Below, piece after piece: positions 17,509 to 25,392 of a stretch of 46,149 bases of DNA. This DNA is from a virus (lineage: Duplodnaviria > Caudoviricetes), in the IMG/VR virus record IMGVR_UViG_3300032253_000002, positions 1 through 46,149 of that record, one strand, 5' to 3'. Both the position numbers and the translations under genes were made by a program. The first letter of the stretch is position 1. Each line of letters begins with the position of its first letter. The notes beneath the pieces were generated by a model, which worked only from the letters and a program-made list of their open reading frames with translations, searched no databases and had not been told where the DNA came from.

Positions 17509-20165
17509 TTAATATAAATAACGAGCAATTCCTTCAAGCTATATTCGGTAACAGTTATATATATTCTCACGTGACATCGTTTATTCAAGACCCTAATAAC
17601 ATACCGAATGATGAGCGTGGTTTATGTTGGTCTGGTGGATACTATAAAGATACGCCGTTAATTCCTAATTCAAATCAATTTTATACAGTCTCTTTATTTT
17701 CACCTGATGAGAACAACAGGTCACGTAGAAGAAAAGCTCAATTTTCAGGCACTTATGTTATAGGGTTAGACGATGTAAAAGAAAAATTACCTATTGAACA
17801 AGTGATGAAGTTGCCGCCCCCAAGCATTGTATTAAAGTCATCATTATATTCTGAGCAATGGTTGTACATTCTTAATCAACCTGAGCAAGATAGAGATAAA
17901 ATTGATAACCTTCATGATGGTTTAATTGCTAACGGTCTTGCACCGAACAGTAAAGACCCTGGGCAAAAAGGTGTAACTCGATTTTTGAGATTACCTGAAG
18001 GCTGCAATACAAAAGCTAAACGTGTCTCTGAGAATGGTGGCACTCCACCAGGTTGCGAAATAACTGAATGGCACCCTGAACGTCGATACATGCTTGAACA
18101 ACTTGCTGAACCTTTCGGTGTTGACTTAAATATCGTTCGAGCAGATAAGCGTATAGATGGTGCAGCTGCTATTGATGACCACCCTATACTTCACACTGAT
18201 GCTATTGAGATTAAAAGTAAAATTTCTGATGGTCGTTTCTCAATTGTATGCCCGTGGGTAGATGAACATACTGATCGTGATGATAGTGGTTCTGCAATTT
18301 TTACAAATGATGACGGTTCAATAGGTTATCGTTGTCACCACGGAAATTGTGACGGTCGTACTGCTAATGACCTCCTGAAATTTATAGAAACTAAACAACA
18401 CGATTTCAGCAGTGTTTTAAAGAACTGGCAGATACTACGCGAATTTAAAACGGTTAGCGAACCAAACTTCTTGGTACCCGCGACCGCAGAGCCGGTCAGC
18501 TTCATGCAACCGGTCACACCTGAAGCGCCGGTATCGAGTCCAGCGCAAGTAGATAATTTTATGTTTGCAACCGGTTCAATTAATCCTTTAAATTTAGAAG
18601 GTGATGAACGTAGGTTCATTGTCACAGAACAACCCATCAACGCAATACAACTGATGTGTGATGAGCTACGTCGTATCAATCACCGTTCACCTGAAGCCCG
18701 TGAAATGGCAGCGAATGTTTTAAAGTACACGGATGACTTACCGAAACTAGAAAAAATGCAATGGCATACTGAAGTATGTGATTTGATGGGCTGGGGTAAA
18801 GGTGACTTCAAAGAGATATTAAAAGACTTACGGTTACAGTGGTACGGTGAACGTGTCACTGCTGCTGAGTTTTATGACAATGTTATTTATGTTAAAGAGT
18901 TGAATCAATTCTATGACTGGAACTGCAGAATATTTTTCACCACCGATGCTTTTCAAAATAGTTTCTCACACATTGATGAAGATGCACGTAAAAACGCATT
19001 ACAAGGTGGTCGTGTTAAGAAAGTAGATAGGCTTGATTACGCACCGAAACAACAACGCACCTTCACAGAAAAAGGTGTGACTTACGGTAACACTTGGTCC
19101 GATGTGAGTCAGTCGAACGGTACCAGTGGTGATGTATCACGTTGGCGTGATCATTTCGCTGTACTCGGTTGGGGTGAACACCTTAAACATATTGAGCAAT
19201 GGATGTCTTACACACTGCGTCATCCTGATAAGAAAATAAATCACATGCTGCTGCTTGGCAGTGGTGAAGGTTGCGGTAAAGATTTTATTCTGTACCCGTT
19301 AACAAAAGCAATGGGTGACAATTACACCGTTATCAGTGGTGAAGAGTTACTACGTGATTTCGATGACCACTTATTATCAACTAAATATATCCACGTTAAT
19401 GAAACTGAGCTGGGTGATCGACGTGAAGCAATGGCGGTTAGTAACAAATTAAAACCATTAGCTGCTGCACCACCGGATACATTACGTGTGAATCAAAAAG
19501 GCATCAAGCCTATAAAAATAAGAAACATTTTAAACGCAACCATGACAACAAACAGCTTGTTACCAGTGCGGTTGAATGGTCCATCACGTCGATTCTACGG
19601 TACCTGGTCTGATTTAAACCCGCGTGATGAACACGACAATATGAAGCCCGAATGGTTAGAGTATTGGGAAGACCGATGGAACTGGATGAAAGCAGACGGT
19701 TGGAAAAATGTTGCTTATCATTTAATGTACATGGTTGACTTGAGTGACTTTAACCCTGGTGAAGCACCACCAATGACTGACTTCTTACGTGACATTAAAG
19801 AAGCATCTAAGTCACCGGCTCAACAAACAATTGAATCATTTGTTAAAAAGAAACTGGGTGTATTCAGTTCTGATTTAGTCACGGCAAGTGATATGTCTGA
19901 CACATTACGACTTGGTGGTGGGTTTGCAGTTAATGTAATGTACACCGACGGTAAGTATTTTACACCGACGAAAGTCGGTATCATCATGAAAGAGATAGGT
20001 CACCATATACAACTTAAAGCGTATTATCTTGGTTCACGGGTTAACTTGTGGGTGTTACGTAACAATATAAAGTATCAATCAATGGATTCAACCGCATTGT
20101 ATCATGAGTACGAACGTCAAATGAAAGAGGCACGTGGTGCTGCTATGATGCAGGTGGTGAAGTGA
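17505..20165 (+). CDS. Primase-helicase (RepB-like AEP primase, Zn finger, DUF5906/SF3-like helicase)
   Basis: IGLDD and RFLRLPEG.N.K primase motifs; CPW...H...CHHGNC; Walker A GSGEGCGKD; TTN...RRF. Confidence 0.88.
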   Translation: MININNEQFLQAIFGNSYIYSHVTSFIQDPNNIPNDERGLCWSGGYYKDTPLIPNSNQFYTVSLFSPDENNRSRRRKAQFSGTYVIGLDDVKEKLPIEQVMKLPPPSIVLKSSLYSEQWLYILNQPEQDRDKIDNLHDGLIANGLAPNSKDPGQKGVTRFLRLPEGCNTKAKRVSENGGTPPGCEITEWHPERRYMLEQLAEPFGVDLNIVRADKRIDGAAAIDDHPILHTDAIEIKSKISDGRFSIVCPWVDEHTDRDDSGSAIFTNDDGSIGYRCHHGNCDGRTANDLLKFIETKQHDFSSVLKNWQILREFKTVSEPNFLVPATAEPVSFMQPVTPEAPVSSPAQVDNFMFATGSINPLNLEGDERRFIVTEQPINAIQLMCDELRRINHRSPEAREMAANVLKYTDDLPKLEKMQWHTEVCDLMGWGKGDFKEILKDLRLQWYGERVTAAEFYDNVIYVKELNQFYDWNCRIFFTTDAFQNSFSHIDEDARKNALQGGRVKKVDRLDYAPKQQRTFTEKGVTYGNTWSDVSQSNGTSGDVSRWRDHFAVLGWGEHLKHIEQWMSYTLRHPDKKINHMLLLGSGEGCGKDFILYPLTKAMGDNYTVISGEELLRDFDDHLLSTKYIHVNETELGDRREAMAVSNKLKPLAAAPPDTLRVNQKGIKPIKIRNILNATMTTNSLLPVRLNGPSRRFYGTWSDLNPRDEHDNMKPEWLEYWEDRWNWMKADGWKNVAYHLMYMVDLSDFNPGEAPPMTDFLRDIKEASKSPAQQTIESFVKKKLGVFSSDLVTASDMSDTLRLGGGFAVNVMYTDGKYFTPTKVGIIMKEIGHHIQLKAYYLGSRVNLWVLRNNIKYQSMDSTALYHEYERQMKEARGAAMMQVVK

Positions 20166-20311
20166 TTGAAGTGTGTCAGTGGTGTCAGAAAGAGATTACA
20201 ACTAAACCGCTGATACATGATATCGATTTAGATATACACCTTCACAGTGAATGCAACGACAAAGATGAATTGATTGATTTCTTGTGGACTGCTGATATTA
20301 GTTTTTTATAA
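20162..20311 (+). CDS. Small Zn-finger-like protein (49 aa, not in ORF track)
   Basis: GTG start overlapping the primase stop; MIEVCQWCQKE...HSEC...DISFL. Confidence 0.55.
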   Translation: MIEVCQWCQKEITTKPLIHDIDLDIHLHSECNDKDELIDFLWTADISFL

Positions 20312-20327
20312 CTATATAGTGTTATAT

Positions 20328-20441
20328 TTATTTTTTATACCCTAACCATTTTGTCATTATGTAACGCATACTGCACATTCCCCAAAATATACCGAAGAAG
20401 AACCACAGTGTTGCAGCGTTGTTTGAAATGCAACCGGTCAT
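20328..20441 (-). CDS. 37-aa membrane peptide (cassette gene)
   Basis: ATG 4 nt after the repeat RBS; MTGCISNNAATLWFFFGIFWGMCSMRYIMTKWLGYKK. Confidence 0.55.
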   Translation of the reverse strand: MTGCISNNAATLWFFFGIFWGMCSMRYIMTKWLGYKK

Positions 20442-20641
20442 ACTCTCACCTTAACCATTGTTAGCTTTTCTTGAATGTACTCTAATGCCTCAATCGACAC
20501 ACTCGTATCAGGATATTTTGTAATATCAACTAAGGAACCGTCACTTTGTACAAGATATTTTTTAGGTGTCCGAAGCTGTACATTCGCTATATGGTTAAAT
20601 ATTTTTTCTTTTTGAAGCTCTAAATCTCTTGTTATGTCCAT
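20438..20641 (-). CDS. Hypothetical cassette gene
   Basis: 67 aa, bounded by two junction repeats. Confidence 0.7.
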   Translation of the reverse strand: MDITRDLELQKEKIFNHIANVQLRTPKKYLVQSDGSLVDITKYPDTSVSIEALEYIQEKLTMVKVRV

Positions 20642-20650
20642 ACATTCACC

Positions 20651-20811
20651 TTAATCATTGTTGTTAGTCTTTAGTAAGTCACATATATAGTGCAGGTAGT
20701 AAAGCACCATTAAAAACAATGCTATTAATACATCAATCGGAGATGCTTGCTGCTTTATGTATGTTATGTAGCCAGTAAAATAGCTAATGCTATAATGTAC
20801 AATACTTTCAT
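20651..20811 (-). pseudogene. Frameshifted two-TM cassette gene
   Basis: MKVLYIIALAI shifts frame at a T-run near 20777-80. One extra T restores a 53-aa ORF ending TNNND* in the repeat. Confidence 0.55.
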
Positions 20812-20820
20812 ACTTTCACC

Positions 20821-21012
20821 TTAATCATTGTTGTTTATTCTATCTGCATCATCATTAAGAGAGTGAAGCGTTGAGCAATTTTTACACCAAAGAGAGACAT
20901 CCTCGTTTTGCACAATTTCATCATCAATTTTTTCTTGTGCTTTATGCTCCCATTCCCACTCATCGGAGCAACCACAATTACCACAAATTAAATGTAACCT
21001 AGCCATTACCAT
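20821..21012 (-). CDS. Zn-ribbon cassette protein
   Basis: CGNC...CKNC; ends INNND* in the repeat. Confidence 0.75.
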   Translation of the reverse strand: MVMARLHLICGNCGCSDEWEWEHKAQEKIDDEIVQNEDVSLWCKNCSTLHSLNDDADRINNND

Positions 21013-21031
21013 AATCTCACCTTAATCATTG

Positions 21032-21235
21032 TTATATTTCATCTTTAATGCGCTGCAAGCTTTTTATTAGCCAATCTAAATGCGTGACAGGTATTGTAAT
21101 ATCATCTACATGTTTTAGCGTCACATAGCCTACAATCTCTTTGTCATGTAAGTAAGGTTTCTTGTCATAGCGCACTGAAAACTCAACGGTGCTTGAATCG
21201 TCGCTGTAATGCTTTTCAAAGCAAATTATATCCAT
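21032..21235 (-). CDS. Hypothetical cassette gene
   Basis: Likely start 21235 (MDIICF), 5 nt after the repeat RBS. Confidence 0.7.
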   Translation of the reverse strand: MDIICFEKHYSDDSSTVEFSVRYDKKPYLHDKEIVGYVTLKHVDDITIPVTHLDWLIKSLQRIKDEI

Positions 21236-21245
21236 TTCATTCACC

Positions 21246-21410
21246 TTAATCATTGTTGTTTAAACTTATCTCTAATTGGGTTCTATATCTCCAACCGTTA
21301 CAGTTGATATAAACACAATCACAGGGTACAGCCTCGCCATGCTTATCGAAATATTCTCTAGTTATATCGCTCCGCCTACAATATTCAGTTATAAATTCTT
21401 CTTTAGTCAT
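21246..21410 (-). CDS. Cys-rich cassette protein
   Basis: GGAGG RBS before MTKEEF; PCDC...C.GW; ends LNNND*. Confidence 0.7.
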   Translation of the reverse strand: MTKEEFITEYCRRSDITREYFDKHGEAVPCDCVYINCNGWRYRTQLEISLNNND

Positions 21411-21438
21411 ACATCCTCCGATCATTCTAAGCGCATTA

Positions 21439-21648
21439 TTAACAGTAATTTTCATTTTTAGAGGCATTTAATAAATCCGCTAAACTTTTCCTACCTACTT
21501 TTTCTGTTTTTAACTTACTAGTAACATTCGTGAAAACCAAGTCCAAGTGGGCACTAATCATCTTAACCTGCTTAGCGGTTAAAGCTTTAGGCTCTCCGTC
21601 TATTTCAATCTTACCCTTCAGCCAGTAACAAAACTCTGTTGATGTCAT
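21439..21648 (-). CDS. Hypothetical protein
   Basis: MT..EFCYWL.G..E...Q...I..HL.LVF; GAGG RBS. Confidence 0.75.
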   Translation of the reverse strand: MTSTEFCYWLKGKIEIDGEPKALTAKQVKMISAHLDLVFTNVTSKLKTEKVGRKSLADLLNASKNENYC

Positions 21649-22140
21649 TTAACTATCCTCACTTTGTTTGAGTGCCTCTTGAGCTATCTCTAAGATAAAT
21701 GCTTTATCTGGCTCAGCGTTTATACTCACATGTAAGCGAATAGACCGAAACATGTTATCTAAAAACTCAACCTTTTTAACCAGTTCAGCGTTTTTAGTTT
21801 CTGCCTCATTTAGTTGGGCTTGTAGTTGCTCGATATTAAGTAACAGCCTTGCCGCTTCAAACCCCAAACGAACAGCACTTAAGTCATATTTAGCCCAGTG
21901 ACTACTAGGCATCATGGAAACGAACTTATTAAAATCTTTGTTTTCAGAATCAATAAAGGTCTTGTTTATTAAGCTCTCAACACTAACCCATTCACTCTGC
22001 TTTTCTAGTTGCTTGATGTATTTTAAAGCATCTTGTACATTATCATAGCCTTCATCATCCATAAGGCTGGATATTAAATCTAAATCCGACTTTATTTTAT
22101 TGCTGTCGAACTTTTTCGCTTCATCTATTAGTTTAGTCAT
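21649..22140 (-). CDS. Mosaic coiled-coil hypothetical protein
   Basis: 163 aa; SEWVSVE motif and coiled-coil segments. Confidence 0.7.
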   Translation of the reverse strand: MTKLIDEAKKFDSNKIKSDLDLISSLMDDEGYDNVQDALKYIKQLEKQSEWVSVESLINKTFIDSENKDFNKFVSMMPSSHWAKYDLSAVRLGFEAARLLLNIEQLQAQLNEAETKNAELVKKVEFLDNMFRSIRLHVSINAEPDKAFILEIAQEALKQSEDS

Positions 22141-22181
22141 TTAACTACCCTCACCTTAATCATTGTTACCACTCCAAACCC

Positions 22182-22454
22182 TTAATCATTGTTGTTTATC
22201 TCTATACTCAACTTCATAAGCTCATAACAGGTTTGATAATCATAAAATTCTGGCTCGTCTGTGTTTCCTCTGCTCTTTCGCCTAGTTGTATTTACTTCGT
22301 CAATTAATAACTTCATTTCACGCGCTGCATCCTGTAAATGAATCTTCAAGCTTTTAACCTCTTCAACCAGTTTAGCGTTTTTAATCTCTAAGCTTTTAAT
22401 TTTATTAGCGCAAAGAGTAAAGACATCTTTGCTTATCTCATCTTTAGATTCCAT
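22182..22454 (-). CDS. Coiled-coil cassette protein
   Basis: AGGAG RBS; ends INNND* in the repeat. Confidence 0.75.
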   Translation of the reverse strand: MESKDEISKDVFTLCANKIKSLEIKNAKLVEEVKSLKIHLQDAAREMKLLIDEVNTTRRKSRGNTDEPEFYDYQTCYELMKLSIEINNND

Positions 22455-22474
22455 AATCTATCTCCTAATTTGGG

Positions 22475-22594
22475 TGGATGGGCTAAGGCGTTAATCTTAG
22501 CTAAACCTGTGAGCTTTTATATCACGCTGGGGTCTTGGTTATACCGCTGCTTGGGACTCGAACCCAACTCGCATGAACTACATGCTTCCATCCA
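22475..22594 (-). ncRNA. Candidate structured RNA with tRNA-like T-arm
   Basis: Closing stem UGGAUGG/CCAUCCA enclosing GCAUG/CAUGC, UUGGG-UUCGAGU-CCCAA, GUGA/UCAC and GCUAAG/CUUAGC helices. Confidence 0.6.
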
Positions 22595-22627
22595 TAAACT
22601 TTTACTTACCTATAAATAACGCCATTA

Positions 22628-22981
22628 TTAAAAATCCATACTCAAACCAAGCTGCCAGTTTCTACCGACAACACCAGTTTGATAGCCGATTGTTACGTAC
22701 TGCCATAGTTGACGGTTATCCGCGCTTAAGTAGTTTGATATAAGCCCGTGTAAAACACCGTTAACAATAAAGTATTTATAAACATCATCTTGATTCGGAC
22801 AACGACCAAGTAACTGATTCAACTCATAATACGTGTCGCAGTTTTTAGAAATATTCAGCGTCTGACCTAAATCAACTACCAGCAACACGTTGTAAACAAT
22901 CTCAAGTTGCACATCTTCACGACTCCATTCATCAGCATTAACTGGGAAACTTATCAACATCAGTAGTATTAACGTTTTCAT
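22628..22981 (-). CDS. Exported/membrane hypothetical protein
   Basis: Signal peptide MKTLILLMLISFPVNA; D..QT and E.N.LLG pattern; ends in Phe. Confidence 0.7.
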   Translation of the reverse strand: MKTLILLMLISFPVNADEWSREDVQLEIVYNVLLVVDLGQTLNISKNCDTYYELNQLLGRCPNQDDVYKYFIVNGVLHGLISNYLSADNRQLWQYVTIGYQTGVVGRNWQLGLSMDF

Positions 22982-23241
22982 TTACTGTCACCATTGTTAA
23001 GCTGCTGAGTTACTTCAATCAAATGCTTCAATGTCCGTTCACCGATGATACGACCTTCAGCTGCATCGTCACACTGTGGTGGATCATCATCGTTGACATC
23101 CCATATCACCTGGCACTTATCACAGCACCATTGGTCACTGATTCTGTATTTGCTACAACTCATCGGTAAGCTTCTCCGGTGGTGACCAGGTTCGCTTAAC
23201 GCTCGGCACCATCTCTTTAAAGTTGTCGTTGAACATTTCAT
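22978..23241 (-). CDS. Cys-rich hypothetical protein (start probably internal, MSCSK at 23163)
   Basis: C..YR.SDQW.C.KC...WDVND.DPP.C. Confidence 0.6.
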   Translation of the reverse strand: MKCSTTTLKRWCRALSEPGHHRRSLPMSCSKYRISDQWCCDKCQVIWDVNDDDPPQCDDAAEGRIIGERTLKHLIEVTQQLNNGDSK

Positions 23242-23386
23242 GTGTCACTACGCGCATTCTGTTGGACCTGATGAAACGGAACACCACGTGCGTTTGACAC
23301 ACTGCCCACACATGCACTGATGCCTGCTTACCATCTTTGGTGGTGTAGTCAGTGCCTACTATTGGTCGTGTTGTCATTTTGACCAC
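23153..23386 (-). CDS. Hypothetical protein
   Basis: 77-aa ORF overlapping its neighbours. Confidence 0.6.
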   Translation of the reverse strand: MVKMTTRPIVGTDYTTKDGKQASVHVWAVCQTHVVFRFIRSNRMRVVTHEMFNDNFKEMVPSVKRTWSPPEKLTDEL

Positions 23387-23619
23387 CGATGACCGACAGG
23401 TTTACGTACTTGTAACATCTTCACAGCACGTCTGATGCCTGCATCAAACTCGTCATCTTCATCTACATACTCAGCGTTGTCTGCGTACTGCTGCAGCACG
23501 TAAAGCTTCACGTCATGTAAATAATGCTGACTCATTGCCCAACCGAAACCATCATCAAAGCGTTCACTGGCTGCAGCTTGTCTGCGCGATATTATCCAGG
23601 ATTTGATTAACTTAATCAT
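23374..23619 (-). CDS. Hypothetical protein
   Basis: 81-aa ORF, GGTGA RBS. Confidence 0.65.
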   Translation of the reverse strand: MIKLIKSWIISRRQAAASERFDDGFGWAMSQHYLHDVKLYVLQQYADNAEYVDEDDEFDAGIRRAVKMLQVRKPVGHRWSK

Positions 23620-23625
23620 TTAGTG

Positions 23626-23766
23626 TCACCCCATGTAGAAAAACATTAAAGCAAATGCTGCACCGAATGTGATAAGTAACACACAGCTTTTAGCAAAATG
23701 CATGCCGATTCGTGCTGAACGACGACGCTCAACACCCTTATACTTTTGTTCTCTCATGAATACCAT
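23626..23766 (-). CDS. 46-aa membrane peptide with YxGxERR motif (not in ORF track)
   Basis: GAGGTGA RBS; MVFMREQKYKGVERRRSARIGMHFAKSCVLLITFGAAFALMFFYMG. Confidence 0.6.
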   Translation of the reverse strand: MVFMREQKYKGVERRRSARIGMHFAKSCVLLITFGAAFALMFFYMG

Positions 23767-23795
23767 TATTGTCACCTCAATTAATTGTTATATAC

Positions 23796-23824
23796 AATGT
23801 AGCACAATGTTTCACATGCTGCAA
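23796..23824 (-). promoter_or_regulatory. Sigma70-type early promoter
   Basis: TTGCAG-N17-TACATT with TGn; same hexamers as the promoter at 10748-10776. Confidence 0.75.
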
Positions 23825-23827
23825 GCT

Positions 23828-24286
23828 TCATTTGTAATAAAGCTCGGCAACCTGACGTGCAGCAATGGCACTCGCTTCAAGTTTAAAGGTGCCTAAGAAA
23901 TGACGCTTTTTATCTTTTGTAATTTTAGCTACCCACACCTGGTCACGGGTGTCGAACGACACACCCTTCACATTTGACCGGTACGATGGTTTAACAGGTT
24001 TAGGTTTAACAGGTTTATCGGTGGTGATGTTGCACCACCGGTCGTCATACCGGTCACCGTTGACTGAATACAATTTACTCGATGGTTCTTCACCCGTTAT
24101 ATATAAGTATGCAATACGCCGTGTCATGGTGACCCATTGATCAATCTTAATGCCGTTACCTGCTGCACGTCTGAATGTGCGGTATTCAATATCTGTTGGC
24201 TTATTATTAAGGTATGGCAAGACGTAAAAGAACAACCCACTGTCACCGTCGTAATGTACCCACTTCTTCAATTCTGCTTGATTCAT
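23828..24286 (-). CDS. Degenerate HNH-AP2 protein
   Basis: Likely start 24286 (AGGAG RBS, TGCTATACT upstream). The VDH motif is replaced by LYS, while the AP2 part (SNVKGV...WVAKI...LGTF...AIAAR) is intact. Confidence 0.7.
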   Translation of the reverse strand: MNQAELKKWVHYDGDSGLFFYVLPYLNNKPTDIEYRTFRRAAGNGIKIDQWVTMTRRIAYLYITGEEPSSKLYSVNGDRYDDRWCNITTDKPVKPKPVKPSYRSNVKGVSFDTRDQVWVAKITKDKKRHFLGTFKLEASAIAARQVAELYYK

Positions 24287-24369
24287 GTTGATGTTCTCCT
24301 TGTTTTTAGAGTATAGCATAAAGGACGTAGGGTGTTGCAAGTACACTAGAACACGCGAACGACGCACTT

Positions 24370-24939
24370 TTTTTGTAGGGTTATTATTGACAGTGTTGCT
24401 GAAAATGTTGATTCAAATGGTGACAGTGTTGCTGTGAGTCACAGTTGCAGTGTTTCAGTGGTGAAAAGGTGGCTTAAAAACATTTCTGGTGTTGATTCAA
24501 ATGGTGACAGTGTAAAAACGCTGAAAATGTTTCCTTATAAATCAATGGTTTACAAGCCTAAATTGTTCCACGTATACACTCTGAGAAGAGCAGATGTCGT
24601 AAGTTCTTGTTTCTATTAACTATTATATTCTCACGTCTACCTTAAAATAGGTAAGTAGCTGTGGTAACACTATGATATTACTAGTAATTGTATGTTCCAC
24701 GTATACTCTCTTACTTTTTGGCAAGTTGCTGGGGATAATTTTAAACATTGTTAAAAACGCAGCAGGTCAATATTCGGTTTCAAGGTAGACGTGGGCGTGG
24801 AAGGGTTAAAAACATTCTCAGCAACAGTGTGACGATGTAACAATCACCGGTGGATAACCTGTGGATAAGTACCATTACCTTGCTATAAAATTACATGCTA
24901 CACTGTAACAATATAACTATTTAATAATTTGGTGAACTG
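24370..24939. promoter_or_regulatory. Major non-coding control region (candidate origin / packaging site)
   Basis: 24-bp and 14-bp direct repeats, 12-bp inverted repeat, IHF consensus at 24540-52, DnaA boxes at 24849-68, TGCTACACT extended -10; lies between divergent early and late operons. Confidence 0.6.
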
Positions 24940-25392
24940 ATGGTCCAACGAATAACATCTAAAGAACTGATGGGGTTACCGGCAAAGAAAGCTAACTTCG
25001 TCATTGAGTTCTGCAAAGACTTTGCCCCACGACGTGCTGCTGAAGCATCAGGTTATGCAGCTGATAGCGGTTATGCCATGTTGAAAGATGAACTCATTGC
25101 TGCAGCGATTGATCGTATTTTAGAACAGCGACTTGAAGCCAGTCACATTGATGCAGAGTGGTTGTTGATGGAAGCGGTAGACAATCATTTGATTGCACGA
25201 CAACAAGGTAACATTTCATCCAGTAATACAGCATTAGGGTTGGTCGGTAAGCATAAGATGGTGGATGCGTTCGCTGCTGAGAAGATTGAAGTCAACAGTG
25301 ATAAAGAGGTCATGTTACGTCTTCAGCGTGGACGTAAGCGATTGAATGAGAATAGTGATGAAACACCTGATGATGAGGTTTCATTCTTCTAA
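24940..25392 (+). CDS. terS: Terminase small subunit
   Basis: FVIEFCKDF...AAEASGY...ALGLVGKH Terminase_2-like pattern; first late gene. Confidence 0.85.
   Translation: MVQRITSKELMGLPAKKANFVIEFCKDFAPRRAAEASGYAADSGYAMLKDELIAAAIDRILEQRLEASHIDAEWLLMEAVDNHLIARQQGNISSSNTALGLVGKHKMVDAFAAEKIEVNSDKEVMLRLQRGRKRLNENSDETPDDEVSFF

Larger units (their letters stand above)
20446..22196 (-). repeat. Dispersed 17-bp junction repeat AACAATGATTAAGGTGA, 7 copies
   Basis: Plus-strand TCACCTTAATCATTGTT at 20446 (1 mismatch), 20646, 20816, 21017, 21241, 22151, and a partial copy at 22180. Confidence 0.92.

Noticed and set aside
20446-22196. CRISPR array or classical integron
   Set aside because: Spacers are mostly 150-900 bp protein-coding genes, the repeat is non-palindromic, and no cas1/cas2, integrase or attC hairpins are seen.
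22551-22567. tRNA gene
   Set aside because: Only the T-arm matches; there is no acceptor/D/anticodon arrangement at tRNA spacing.
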